Below, in pieces: positions 18,689-28,250 of a DNA stretch of 53,627 bases (position 1 is its first letter; every line of letters starts with the position of its first letter). Location: the IMG/VR virus record IMGVR_UViG_3300033407_000965, positions 1-53,627 of that record. One strand, 5' to 3'. The stretch is from a virus (taxonomy: Duplodnaviria > Caudoviricetes). The translations under genes and the position numbers were made by a program. Below the pieces are notes generated by a model. It ran no database searches. It was not told the DNA's origin and worked only from the letters and a program-made list of their open reading frames with translations.

Positions 18689-18832
18689 CCGCCGGCGATA
18701 CGGCCCGCCGCGGGTAGGCCGCCCGCGGTATGGCGCAGTCGAGCAAGGCGCCAGGCAGCCTGGTCGGCTGTCGCCGGGCCCTACACTCAGGAATTGGAGC
18801 GCCTGGGCTCCGAACGACGGAGGTTCGGAGTC

Positions 18833-20092
18833 ATGCCAGCCAACCGGCAGAATCAGTCAGACCTCTTGCGCAAGGTCTACCTGCCCTACATGCGGGTGCA
18901 GTTCAACCTCAAGAGCATCCTGCTCCAGAGGCTGATGCGCAACACGGAGCAGTATTCCGAGGGCGAGGAGCTGTCGCTGCCGCTGCACGTCGGGCAGTCC
19001 GGCGGGTGGGGCTGGAACAGTGCCGGCAAGCTGCCGGCGGCCAGCCACCAGAAGGTCAAGCGCCACAAGTACAACTACCACCGAATGTACGGCCGCATCG
19101 AGATCGACGGGCCGCACGTGGAGGGGGCGAAGAAGTCCTACGCCGCCGAACGGAGGCCGTACGACTTCGAGACCAAGAACCTTATCAAGCAGATGCGCCA
19201 CGGCCTCAACCACGATCTCTTCGGCAGCGGGTCCGGCTCGGTGGCGAGCGTGGGGTCCGCAGCGAGCGCCACGCAGTTCACCGTCGGGCCGGCGGGGGCC
19301 CCCGACGTCCGCGGGCTGGTCGACGGGATGCGTATCGACGTACTGGACACCGCAACCGGGGCGGTCAACGGGGGGGTGAGCAACGCCGAGATCCGCTTCA
19401 ACTGGAAGACCGGGGTGGTCACCCTCAAGGATGGCGCGGTCTTCGCCGACTTCGGCGACGTGAACGCGAACCCCGGCAACTACACCGTGTACCGCGCGGG
19501 CTCGCGCAATGATGCGCTGATGGGTCTGGCCGGGATCATCAGCGAGATCAATCCGCCGACCGGGCCACTGGGCGGCGTCGACCGAACCGACCCCGACAAC
19601 GCCTTCTGGACCGCCAACGTCTTCGGCAACGGCGGCGCCCCGCGGGTGCCGGACCTGGTTTACGTGGACGAGGCGGTCAACGTGGTCGAGCAGCGGGCGA
19701 GCGTGAGCACCTCCCTGATCCTGTGCTCCCACGCGGTGTGGACGATTCTCGCCGACCAACTGGTCCAGGACAAGCGGTACGCCGGTACCCAGACGACGCT
19801 CAACGGCTGGTGCCGGGCGCTGATGTTCCCGGGGCCCAACGGCGACATCCCCATCGTGCGCGACAAGCACTGCCCGCGGGACAAGATGTTCGGACTCGCG
19901 GAGGAGGCGTTCACGCTCTACCAGAACGACGAGGGCAAGTGGATGGACCAGGACGGCTCCATCCTCCACCGTGTCGAAGGCATGCACGCCTATGAGGCGG
20001 CCTGGTTCCGCTTCCTCCAGCTGTGCTGCGACGCGCCGAACGGGCAGTGGGTGATTGAGGACCTTGACACCGCGCTGCCGATCGCGGCGTAG
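18833..20092 (+). CDS. Major capsid protein
   Basis: 419 aa after scaffold; LLRKVYLP...GEELSLPLHVG, LMGLAGII...GGVDRT, IPIVRDKHCP motifs typical of HK97-fold coat proteins. Confidence 0.88.
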   Translation: MPANRQNQSDLLRKVYLPYMRVQFNLKSILLQRLMRNTEQYSEGEELSLPLHVGQSGGWGWNSAGKLPAASHQKVKRHKYNYHRMYGRIEIDGPHVEGAKKSYAAERRPYDFETKNLIKQMRHGLNHDLFGSGSGSVASVGSAASATQFTVGPAGAPDVRGLVDGMRIDVLDTATGAVNGGVSNAEIRFNWKTGVVTLKDGAVFADFGDVNANPGNYTVYRAGSRNDALMGLAGIISEINPPTGPLGGVDRTDPDNAFWTANVFGNGGAPRVPDLVYVDEAVNVVEQRASVSTSLILCSHAVWTILADQLVQDKRYAGTQTTLNGWCRALMFPGPNGDIPIVRDKHCPRDKMFGLAEEAFTLYQNDEGKWMDQDGSILHRVEGMHAYEAAWFRFLQLCCDAPNGQWVIEDLDTALPIAA

Positions 20093-20155
20093 CGGCGCAG
20101 ACGGACGAACGCCACGGGCCGCCTTGGGCGCCCGTAAACGAAAGGAGTTTTGACC

Positions 20156-20746
20156 GTGACGGTTTCAGACGCAGGCATGGAATGGAAGCTGGGGAAGAAG
20201 ACCTTGTGGGCCCGTTTCGCGCACTCGATCGCCGCGGCCGGGACGTCGCTCGGGGCCGGCGGGCAGATCGCCGAGCTTTCGGCCGGCGCCTCGGAAGTGC
20301 ACGGGGCCTCGATGGATACGGCCGACGAGGTTTACTTTCTGGTGGACCCCAAGGGCGAGGACCTGGGCGACGCCGACCTGACCAAGGACCTGTCGCTCGA
20401 GCTGCTGTTCGAATCCGCCGGCGGCGACCAGGACACCGGGGTCATCTGGGGCGCGGACATCAAGGGGATCGCGGCGGTGGAGGCGATCGGGGACACCAAG
20501 GTGGCCGCCGACGGCACCATCGCGTTCGACGCCATGACCATTGACGCACCGAGCAAGCTGAACCTCACCCCGCGGCGGGGCTTCAAGCTCGCCTCCGGGG
20601 CGCTGGCGGCGGACCAGCTGATCGGCTTGGCGGTGACCCTGACGAGCCGCGGGGACGCCTCCGCCGACGAGATCCGGCTCATTGCGGCGCGGCTCTACTT
20701 CGAGCGGCAGGCGTGCAGCCCGAGCCGCGTGCGCGAGACGTTGTAA
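20156..20746 (+). CDS. Virion structural/decoration protein
   Basis: AAGGAG RBS; directly downstream of capsid; beta-rich. Confidence 0.65.
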   Translation: MTVSDAGMEWKLGKKTLWARFAHSIAAAGTSLGAGGQIAELSAGASEVHGASMDTADEVYFLVDPKGEDLGDADLTKDLSLELLFESAGGDQDTGVIWGADIKGIAAVEAIGDTKVAADGTIAFDAMTIDAPSKLNLTPRRGFKLASGALAADQLIGLAVTLTSRGDASADEIRLIAARLYFERQACSPSRVRETL

Positions 20747-20838
20747 GGCCGTAAGTTACGCCGTTACTGCGGCGACAACCGCCGCCCGGTGCACTCGGGG
20801 CGTGACCGCCCCGACCATCGGCGGCCAAGGAGAAACCG

Positions 20839-21741
20839 ATGCCCATCGGAAGCAGGCAGATTAGCCGGCGGGGGCTGTCGCCCTCGGTCATCAAAGGTGC
20901 GTTCCACGACAACCCCTGGGGCCGGACGCTGTACGTCCAGAGCACCCACACCCGGGCGAGCGACGACTACCGGGCGGGGCAGGACTTCCGCCACCCGCTC
21001 AAAACGATCGCCCGGGCCATCGCCCTGGCCCAGCCGTACGACCTGATCGTCGTGGGGCCGGGCCACGCGGAGTCGGTCATTGCCGCGGACGGTCTGAACT
21101 TCTCGGTCGCCAACGTGCGGGTGGTGGGGCTGGGCCACGCGGGGCAACGGCCCACGATCACCTTCACCACCGCGACCACGGCGCGGGCCAAGGTGTCGGC
21201 GGCCGGCGTCACGATCGAGAACCTGGTGCTCGCCTGCGGGGTGGACAGCCTGGCGGAGATGCTGCTGGTCGATGCCGCCGACTGCACGCTGCGCGACGTG
21301 CACGTCGCGCACGACGCCACCAACCAGGCGGTGCTGGCGATCAACGTCACCAGCAACGGCGACTATCTGCTGGTCGAGGGGCTCACCGCGGCGCAGGCTG
21401 CGGCGGGGGCGACGGCCTGCATCAGCCTCAACGGGTGCGACCGGGCCACCATCCAAAAGTGCCGGATCTACGGCGACTACTCGGCGGCCTGCATCCGCAG
21501 CACGGGCGTGGCGGTGACGCAAGTGCGGATCGACGAGTGTCACCTCGAGAGCCTCAACGCGGCCGACGCCTGCATCGTGATGCTGGCCGCCTCCACGGGG
21601 TGGATCAGCCGCAACATGTGCCGGATCGCGACGGACGTCCAGACGACGTGGATCTCCGGGGCCAACTGCCAGCTTTCCGAGAACTACGGGGTCAACGACA
21701 ACGGTGAGACCGGCAAGCTGATCGGCACGGCGTCGATCTAA
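20839..21741 (+). CDS. Right-handed beta-helix (pectin-lyase-like) virion protein
   Basis: LYVQS...HPLKTIARAIALA...DLIVVGPGHAE, then repeated parallel beta-helix coils. Confidence 0.8.
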   Translation: MPIGSRQISRRGLSPSVIKGAFHDNPWGRTLYVQSTHTRASDDYRAGQDFRHPLKTIARAIALAQPYDLIVVGPGHAESVIAADGLNFSVANVRVVGLGHAGQRPTITFTTATTARAKVSAAGVTIENLVLACGVDSLAEMLLVDAADCTLRDVHVAHDATNQAVLAINVTSNGDYLLVEGLTAAQAAAGATACISLNGCDRATIQKCRIYGDYSAACIRSTGVAVTQVRIDECHLESLNAADACIVMLAASTGWISRNMCRIATDVQTTWISGANCQLSENYGVNDNGETGKLIGTASI

Positions 21742-21758
21742 GGGCGGTGGAGCCTGCG

Positions 21759-22445
21759 ATGAAGCTCGACGAACTGCGCCGCCGAACGCTGGAGTACCTC
21801 GACGATCCCAAAGGGGACCGCTGGGCGGAAAACGGCGACTACACGTCGCTGGACATCCTGATCGACGACGCCATCGACGAGCTCGTGGCCGAGACGGCGC
21901 TGACCGGAAAGCTCTGGAACGTCGCCCCGACCTTCTTCACCTTCACGGTGACCTCCGCCCAGCAGGCCTACGTGCTCGAGGACGGGTCGCTGCCCGAGGA
22001 CCAGAAGGTGCGCAAGATCATCGAGGTGGAGCGAACCGACGTGGCCCGGCCGTACACCCACACGCTCATCCCATTCTCCGAACGCAACCGCGGGGTGACC
22101 GACCCACATTACCCGACGCTCTCGTCGGGGACACGCTCGGCGCTCTCCGCCTATCGCCGCAGTGATGGGCGGTGGGTCGTCGCGTTCGTGGACAAGCAGC
22201 CGGACCCGCAGACGATCCGGGTGTGGTACGAGCCCTGCCGCAGGAAGCTGGTCGATGCCGCGGAGGAGCCCATGCAGGTGCCGCGATCCTGGCACAAGCT
22301 CATTCCGGTCGCGGCGGCGGTGCTTGGGAAGATCACCACCAACCGCGACCCCTCGGGCCTGCTGATCATTCGCGAGCGCTGGCTGCATCAGATGCGGATG
22401 GACCTGGACGACCTGACCAGCGCGACGCGGAGCCGGGCGATCTGA
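21759..22445 (+). CDS. Head-tail adaptor (podovirus tail tubular protein A-like)
   Basis: MKLDELRRRTLEYLDD...LDILIDDAIDEL; PMQVPRSWHKLIPVAAA; position. Confidence 0.7.
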   Translation: MKLDELRRRTLEYLDDPKGDRWAENGDYTSLDILIDDAIDELVAETALTGKLWNVAPTFFTFTVTSAQQAYVLEDGSLPEDQKVRKIIEVERTDVARPYTHTLIPFSERNRGVTDPHYPTLSSGTRSALSAYRRSDGRWVVAFVDKQPDPQTIRVWYEPCRRKLVDAAEEPMQVPRSWHKLIPVAAAVLGKITTNRDPSGLLIIRERWLHQMRMDLDDLTSATRSRAI

Positions 22446-24577
22446 TGCCCAACGAGCTGAGCCAGTTCATGGGGCCCTTTCTGGGGCTGAACACGAGCTT
22501 CAACGCCCGCAACGTGGATGCGCGTTTCGCCATCGAGGCGGACAACGTCCTGCTTTCGGACGGTGCGGTCCGCCCGCGTTGGCCGTTTCGCACGCTGAAG
22601 CAGAATCTGCGGCTCTTCGACAATCCCTTTGCCGAGGAGTGGGTTGTTTCGCTGTTTCAGTGGCAGTCCCCGCTGGTCGGGCTGGTCACGCTCTACAAGA
22701 GCGTCGTGCTGTTCGCCGGCGCCCTGTACACCCTGATGGGCGCACTGCGCGCCGACGGCACGACGCAGATCCTGTGGATTGACACTCGGTCGCCTTTGGC
22801 GGTCAAGCAGGTCGCGGTCGTGCCGACCTGGGTCGTGCACAACGAACGGGTGTATGTACTGGATGCGGGCGGTCTGTCCCCGCGCGAGGGAAGACTCATC
22901 AGCACGGACGGCACGCCGGAGGGCACCGCTCTCGTCGGCCTCGATACGCCGCGCGGACTAGTCATCAGGGAGGCAGACGCGGAAGCGGCGCCGGCGGGCG
23001 TTGTAGGGCTGGGCCCGCAGTACTATGCGTACGCATTTACCCTGGCAGACAAGTCGCGGGGCGTGGAAAGCAACGCGCAAACGCGTGGGACGGAACCGCA
23101 CGGGGGCAGTCTCCTTGAATTCGACGGCGCTCCGTTCGCGGGCAGTGGCGGAATGGTCGTCCGGTTCGTGTTCGATCCGGGGGCTATCCAGCCCAACGAA
23201 CGGGTCGACCGCATCCGCATGTACCGCAAGAACGTGACGCTGAGCCAGCCCTTCTACCGGCTGGTCGGGGACGTTGCGGTGGGGTCGGGTTCCGAACTGA
23301 TCACCTGGCGGGATCCCGGCGACAGCAACGAAGCCCTCAGCAGCGACGAGACCGGGCCGTACGCGCCGAGCAAAAACGGGGTGCCGCGCGGGGCGTCGGT
23401 CGGCGCGGTCTATCAGGGCCGAATGTTCTACAACGACACGCGGCAGGGCAATGAGAACCTTCTTCGCTTCTCGGCGGTGGACGTCCCCGACCACGTCGAC
23501 CCCGACGACTACGAGGTGCTCAGCGGGGACGAGGTCGCCGGCGTGACCGGCATGGCGGAAATGGCCGGGCAACTGGCGGTGGGCAAGCGCCGGGCGGTGT
23601 GGATCCTCAGCGGGGCGATCCTGACCCATACCAACGAGACGATCGCGACGGGTGCGCACCCGCCGGTGTCGAGCCACACCCTCTACCGCACCAAGTCCAA
23701 GGTCGGCCCGGCGACCTATCCGGGGCCGAACGGGTTCATCGTTTGCGGTCACCCGCCCGTGGTCTACTTCCCGTCGGAGAGCGGGTTCTACGGCTTCGAC
23801 GGCGTGGACGAGCGGATGGTGTCGGACGCGATCAAGCCGACGTGGGCGCGGTTCGCCCACGTGCAGGCCCTCGGGGCGCTCCCCGAGCGGTCGGACGTCG
23901 GCCAGAACCTGACCCACGCGGTGGATACGCTCAACGAGGTGCTGTACCTGTGCCTCGGTGCGCAGACGGCGGGTGAGCCCGAGGTGTTGGCGTACCACTA
24001 CGGGCTCAACCGCGGCGACGGCGTGGGCGGTTGGACAACCCTGCGCGGCGACGGCGACGCGATTCTGTGTGTGACCCGTCCGGTGGCGGAGGAGCTCAAC
24101 GGGCAGTCGTACTACAGCCCCTTGCTCGTGGCGGACGCCGCGTCCCGGGCCCTGATCGCCACCGATCGCGCGACCCTGCCCGTGCCCGCGTTCCGCTACC
24201 GAACGGGGTGGCTTCCGATTCTGGAGGGCCGTCGAGCGCACCTCTATGAGATCAAGTGGCTGCACGGACGGCCGTCGCCGGCGGACGGCGTGCCGACCGT
24301 GCCGGTGGCGACGGGCCGCGAGGTGGAGCGCGCCGGGGCGGTTACCCGCCTCCCGCGGCGGCTGCGTTTCGCGGTGGCGTTCAACGGGTTCTTCTCGGAC
24401 GAGGCCGCGACCATCCGGCCGGTGGGCACGCGGACGTTCCAGCGCCAACCCGTGCGGCGGGAGGTGACCGACGTCAGCCTCTCGGTCGCCGACGCCGGCG
24501 ATCCCAACGTGGTGTGGGACCGCGAACTGGCCCTGCTGGGCTGGGCGCTGGAGGGTGAGCCGGCCGGGGAAAGTTAA
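22445..24577 (+). CDS. Tail nozzle/stabilisation protein (P22 gp10 / T7 gp12-like beta-propeller)
   Basis: FLGLNTS N-terminus, YQGRMFY...LRFSAV, VYFPSESGFYGFDG repeats; position after adaptor. Confidence 0.75.
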   Translation: MPNELSQFMGPFLGLNTSFNARNVDARFAIEADNVLLSDGAVRPRWPFRTLKQNLRLFDNPFAEEWVVSLFQWQSPLVGLVTLYKSVVLFAGALYTLMGALRADGTTQILWIDTRSPLAVKQVAVVPTWVVHNERVYVLDAGGLSPREGRLISTDGTPEGTALVGLDTPRGLVIREADAEAAPAGVVGLGPQYYAYAFTLADKSRGVESNAQTRGTEPHGGSLLEFDGAPFAGSGGMVVRFVFDPGAIQPNERVDRIRMYRKNVTLSQPFYRLVGDVAVGSGSELITWRDPGDSNEALSSDETGPYAPSKNGVPRGASVGAVYQGRMFYNDTRQGNENLLRFSAVDVPDHVDPDDYEVLSGDEVAGVTGMAEMAGQLAVGKRRAVWILSGAILTHTNETIATGAHPPVSSHTLYRTKSKVGPATYPGPNGFIVCGHPPVVYFPSESGFYGFDGVDERMVSDAIKPTWARFAHVQALGALPERSDVGQNLTHAVDTLNEVLYLCLGAQTAGEPEVLAYHYGLNRGDGVGGWTTLRGDGDAILCVTRPVAEELNGQSYYSPLLVADAASRALIATDRATLPVPAFRYRTGWLPILEGRRAHLYEIKWLHGRPSPADGVPTVPVATGREVERAGAVTRLPRRLRFAVAFNGFFSDEAATIRPVGTRTFQRQPVRREVTDVSLSVADAGDPNVVWDRELALLGWALEGEPAGES

Positions 24578-24589
24578 GGAGCTACGCCT

Positions 24590-25042
24590 ATGGCTGCCAA
24601 ACGGTTCATGCTGCCGGTGACGGTGACCCACGACGCGAACAAGATCACGATAGCGCAGTTCCTCCAGGGGACGAACAAGCGAGGGCTCATCCACGCGGTA
24701 CGTTTGTCGCCGCTGGGGCCGACGTCGGCGACGGCGCCGCTCTACTGGCTTTTGGGGACGCAGGACGGGCCCGGCACGTCGGTGTCCGCGAACAATGACC
24801 TCATCAAGGTGCCGCCGGCGTTCGCGCAGGCCATCGAGACGACGGCGCTGAAGACGTTTAGCGGGGAACCGGCGGCCTCGACGCCGATGTTCGACGCGAT
24901 CTCGGTGCACCAGCAGTCCGCGTTCACCTGGGTGCCGCCGCTGGGTCCGGTGGTGATGGAAGCCGCCGAGCGCTGGGCGCTGTGGTACCCGGCGGGCCAG
25001 GGTGCGGTGACGGTGCGGTACGAGTTCCATCTGGAGGAGTGA
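24590..25042 (+). CDS. Virion protein (beta-rich)
   Basis: AAGGAG RBS; ends VRYEFHLEE. Confidence 0.65.
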   Translation: MAAKRFMLPVTVTHDANKITIAQFLQGTNKRGLIHAVRLSPLGPTSATAPLYWLLGTQDGPGTSVSANNDLIKVPPAFAQAIETTALKTFSGEPAASTPMFDAISVHQQSAFTWVPPLGPVVMEAAERWALWYPAGQGAVTVRYEFHLEE

Positions 25043-25043
25043 G

Positions 25044-25235
25044 GTGGGCCGCGAACAGACGCCCATTGGCCCGCCCGTGTACCTGGGCGGGATGGTGCCG
25101 GCGCCGCAAGCGGTGGTCGCGCCCTTGCCGGTGGTGACGGCACCGCCGGCGGCGCTGGCGGTGGCGCCGACGGTCGTGAGAGGAATCCCGGTACCGACCG
25201 GCAGCCCGCCGCCCCTCCCGCCGGGTGTGCTGTAA
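25044..25235 (+). CDS. Small Pro/Val-rich protein
   Basis: GGAGGAG RBS; stop overlaps next ATG (TAATG). Confidence 0.5.
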   Translation: MGREQTPIGPPVYLGGMVPAPQAVVAPLPVVTAPPAALAVAPTVVRGIPVPTGSPPPLPPGVL

Positions 25236-25405
25236 TGCCACGGAAGTTCACCAGGCACGATACGGCGGCGGCGCTCGAGGACGAGTTCGTCGAGCTGTGG
25301 CGGCGCCTCGATGCCCTCTACCAGCAGGTGGAGCGCCACGAGGGGCGCCTGGACAAGGCGGAAGAGTCGATCGAGGAGCTGGGCGAGCAGACGGAGCAGA
25401 CCTGA
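25235..25405 (+). CDS. 56-aa coiled-coil protein (MPRKFTRHDTAAALEDEFVELWRRLDALYQQVE...)
   Basis: TAATG and TGATG coupling at both ends; not in the ORF track. Confidence 0.65.
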   Translation: MPRKFTRHDTAAALEDEFVELWRRLDALYQQVERHEGRLDKAEESIEELGEQTEQT

Positions 25406-26505
25406 TGGCCCTGGCCGATGTGCTGAGCAACATTCGCGATCGCCGCCGGCAACGCGTGGCGGATCGCTGGGGCTTCAGTGTCGATGCGCAGGCGGATGGT
25501 TCGAGCACTGCGCCGGCGGCGGATCCGAACCGTCCGTCCGGTCCCTTCGACGCCGAACGCTGGTGGGACTATCCGGGGTTGAGCTTCGAAGGCGGCTGGG
25601 GTTCCAGCGGCTCGGACACGCCTCTGGGTTGGCGGGTCGATCCCTTCCAAGCCAGCCTGCCCGCGTTCCTCGATTATCCGGGATCGGGTTTCAGCGACCC
25701 GGAGTCGTGGTATCGGGCCTACCAGGGAATGCCTGATGAGCTGCGGTCGTCGTTCGAGGCCAACCAGGCCTCGGCGGCCAGCGCGTACGCCGCGCGGGAA
25801 CGAAACCGCGCGGGGGGCGTGGGCGAGCTGCGGCGGCGGATGAACGCCTTCGAGAACGCGTACGAGCTGTGGCAGGCCGACCCCTTCCGCGCCGCGGCCC
25901 TCGAGTCGCTGGAGACCCAGGCGTCCCCCGAGTACTCGTTCGTCAGCCCCCAGCAGCGGGCGGCGATGGACCTCCAGATCGCGCAGAGCCACGCCCGCAA
26001 CCAGGCGGTGGCCGAGGCCTCGGCGGCGGCCCGCGGCGTGAGCGGGGGCGGGCCGGCCGGCGGGAACGAGGCGGCGATGCGGGCGTACGCGGACACCGCG
26101 GGCCTCCTGCTGGGCGGCCAGGTCGACGCGGCGAACGCCGAGTCGCGGGCGCGGGCGGCGGACGCCCTGGGGCGGCTGAACGCCCTGTACGGGAACGTGG
26201 ACCTGGCGTACCAGGGTGGGCTCAACCAGCTGAGCGGGGGGATCGCCGACCTGAAATCCGGCGACGTGTACGAGCCGACCGACTACACGGCGTTCGCCGA
26301 GCTGGCGCACGCGATGCAGTCTTACGACGAGTCGCTGCGGTTGCAGGAGGAAGGCCTCGACGCGTTTCGAGAGCAGCAGGAGCCTGGCCTGCGCGACTTC
26401 TTATCGTTCCTCCTGGACCTCGGTGGGACCGGGCTGCCGGAGATGGCCCTCAACGCGGGGAGCGACATTCTCGACCGCTTCCGCTTCGGGAGGTGGTGGG
26501 GATAA
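25405..26505 (+). CDS. Internal virion / DNA-ejection protein
   Basis: Ala/Gly/Gln-rich helical protein with AAARGVSGGG; position after nozzle. Confidence 0.65.
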   Translation: MALADVLSNIRDRRRQRVADRWGFSVDAQADGSSTAPAADPNRPSGPFDAERWWDYPGLSFEGGWGSSGSDTPLGWRVDPFQASLPAFLDYPGSGFSDPESWYRAYQGMPDELRSSFEANQASAASAYAARERNRAGGVGELRRRMNAFENAYELWQADPFRAAALESLETQASPEYSFVSPQQRAAMDLQIAQSHARNQAVAEASAAARGVSGGGPAGGNEAAMRAYADTAGLLLGGQVDAANAESRARAADALGRLNALYGNVDLAYQGGLNQLSGGIADLKSGDVYEPTDYTAFAELAHAMQSYDESLRLQEEGLDAFREQQEPGLRDFLSFLLDLGGTGLPEMALNAGSDILDRFRFGRWWG

Positions 26506-27093
26506 ATGGCGATCATCTCTGGAGCACCGACCGGGGCAGCGGAGCGCATGGCCGCCCTCGTCTACGGCGACGCGCAGAGCCGCCGGGGGCTGGGCTTCAA
26601 CGCCCAGCTTGCGGCCCTGGCGGAGCTCAACCGCAAACGGGAAATGCTCCGTCGTTCACTGGCCGAGCGGCAGGCGGACCGGGAACGGCAGAAGGCCGCC
26701 GCGGCGGCGGAAGGTGGCGATGCTGGGGCGTGGGGCGCTGGCGCCGGTGCGGCGACGGCGCTGGTCCTGTCGCCTTTCACCGGCGGAGCGTCCCTGGCAG
26801 CGCTGCCGGCGCTGGCCGGCGCCGGCGGAGCCATCGGGGGGGCGATCGACGGGCCGCAGGGCGCGTACCAAGGCGGGCAGCTCGCCCGCGGTTTCTCGTC
26901 GCTGCAGGAGGTGTGGCCTTGGGAATTGAACGACAACTACGAGCCGATGAAGGCAACGCCACCGAGTGGCGGGAACGCGGGTGCAGGTACCGCCGGCCCG
27001 CCGGATAAGAAACCGCCCGCCGGCCCGCCGGATAAGAAACCGCCCGCCGGCCCGGGCGGCAAGAACGGCAAGAAGGACCCGTGGGGCTATTGA
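26506..27093 (+). CDS. Ejection/pilot-type protein with glycine-zipper hydrophobic segment
   Basis: GAWGAGAGAATALVLSPFTGGASLAALPALAGAGGAIGGAI. Confidence 0.7.
   Translation: MAIISGAPTGAAERMAALVYGDAQSRRGLGFNAQLAALAELNRKREMLRRSLAERQADRERQKAAAAAEGGDAGAWGAGAGAATALVLSPFTGGASLAALPALAGAGGAIGGAIDGPQGAYQGGQLARGFSSLQEVWPWELNDNYEPMKATPPSGGNAGAGTAGPPDKKPPAGPPDKKPPAGPGGKNGKKDPWGY
26990..27054 (+). repeat. 27-bp in-frame tandem repeat (AGPPDKKPP x2 plus partial)
   Basis: CCGCCGGCCCGCCGGATAAGAAACCGC twice, then 11 bp of a third copy. Confidence 0.9.
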
Positions 27094-27094
27094 C

Positions 27095-28249
27095 ATGGGC
27101 ATCGTCGATCCCGCCACCATGAAACCGTACGTTCTCGCCCGCGCGCTGCCCAAGGGCGCGGGTGAGATCGCGGCGGAGGACCCGCTCTACCGCCAGGCGA
27201 TGCTGGACGTGGCCACGGAGCGGATGACCGCGGAGGCCGACGCCGCGCGTCCGACGATGATCGGACCCGAGACGGTGCCTCGGCTGCCGGAGCGGCCGAG
27301 CTTCGGGCCGGTGATGTCGAGGCGGCAGTTCGTGCAGCAGCACTTCCCGGACGTCGTCAACCAACGGCTGGTGCCGCGGGGCACCAACCAGCGGGTGGAG
27401 CAGGCGTACGCGGAGTACGTGGCCCGCGAACAGATGGGCCGCAGCCGGGCGGCGGACACCTGGGCCTCCGACGTGGACGCCATGCTCCGCCGGGAGAACC
27501 TCATCACCCGCCGCGACGAGCTCCGCGCCCGGCGAACACAGCCGCCGTCGGCGCGCGAGGCCCTGACCGAAGGGGCGGCGGCGGCGGCCCGGGCGGCGAA
27601 TCCGAAGGACCCGATGGGCGCTTACGGGGCGTTCCAGGCCGCAGGACGAGCGCCCGCGAAACCAGCCTCCCCGGCGGCCGTGCTGAGCGACAACGCGGCA
27701 CAGGCGGCCATGCAGGCCCATCCCGAGGACCCTGGCGCGGCCTACGCCCAGTTCAAGGGGCAGGGCCGGGCGCCGAGCGAGGCGAAGGTGCTCCCGGACA
27801 AGGACATCGGGGAGGCCCTGTTCGGCATCGACGTGGGCGGGGCCCGGGTGCCGGGCATGATCGACCAGGCCCGGGAGGACCCGATCCTGGGGTTTGCCAA
27901 AATGGCACGCTGGTTCCAGGAGCGCCGGCAGGCGATGACCGGCGACCAGCGCGAGAAAGTCGCCCAGCTTGTGGACCGGATGCGGCCGACCCCGGAGACG
28001 CTGCAGCAAGCCTACGAGCAGGGCTACTTCGAGGATCCACAGGTGGTGCAGGAGCTTCTGACTGAGGACGAGGCAGGCAAGCTCGGGGCGAAGCGCTTCC
28101 TGCGCGGCCCGAGCGAGCAGGCGGTCCAGAAGGCCTACGTTCGCGCCCTGAAGCTCATCCTGACTCCGCAGCAGCAGCGGCAGATCGTGGAGGAGGCGGA
28201 GAGGCGAGGGACGAAGGGACGAAGGGACGGAGGCACGGAGGGAGGGTAG
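27095..28249 (+). CDS. Internal virion / ejection protein
   Basis: Helical A/R/Q-rich; between pilot protein and giant gene. Confidence 0.65.
   Translation: MGIVDPATMKPYVLARALPKGAGEIAAEDPLYRQAMLDVATERMTAEADAARPTMIGPETVPRLPERPSFGPVMSRRQFVQQHFPDVVNQRLVPRGTNQRVEQAYAEYVAREQMGRSRAADTWASDVDAMLRRENLITRRDELRARRTQPPSAREALTEGAAAAARAANPKDPMGAYGAFQAAGRAPAKPASPAAVLSDNAAQAAMQAHPEDPGAAYAQFKGQGRAPSEAKVLPDKDIGEALFGIDVGGARVPGMIDQAREDPILGFAKMARWFQERRQAMTGDQREKVAQLVDRMRPTPETLQQAYEQGYFEDPQVVQELLTEDEAGKLGAKRFLRGPSEQAVQKAYVRALKLILTPQQQRQIVEEAERRGTKGRRDGGTEGG
28205..28244 (+). repeat. Heterogeneous 8-bp array CGAGGGAC(GAAGGGAC)2 GGAGGCAC GGAGGGAG
   Basis: Read directly; spans the gene 3' end and supplies the RBS of the next gene. 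Confidence 0.85.
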
Positions 28250-28250
28250 C

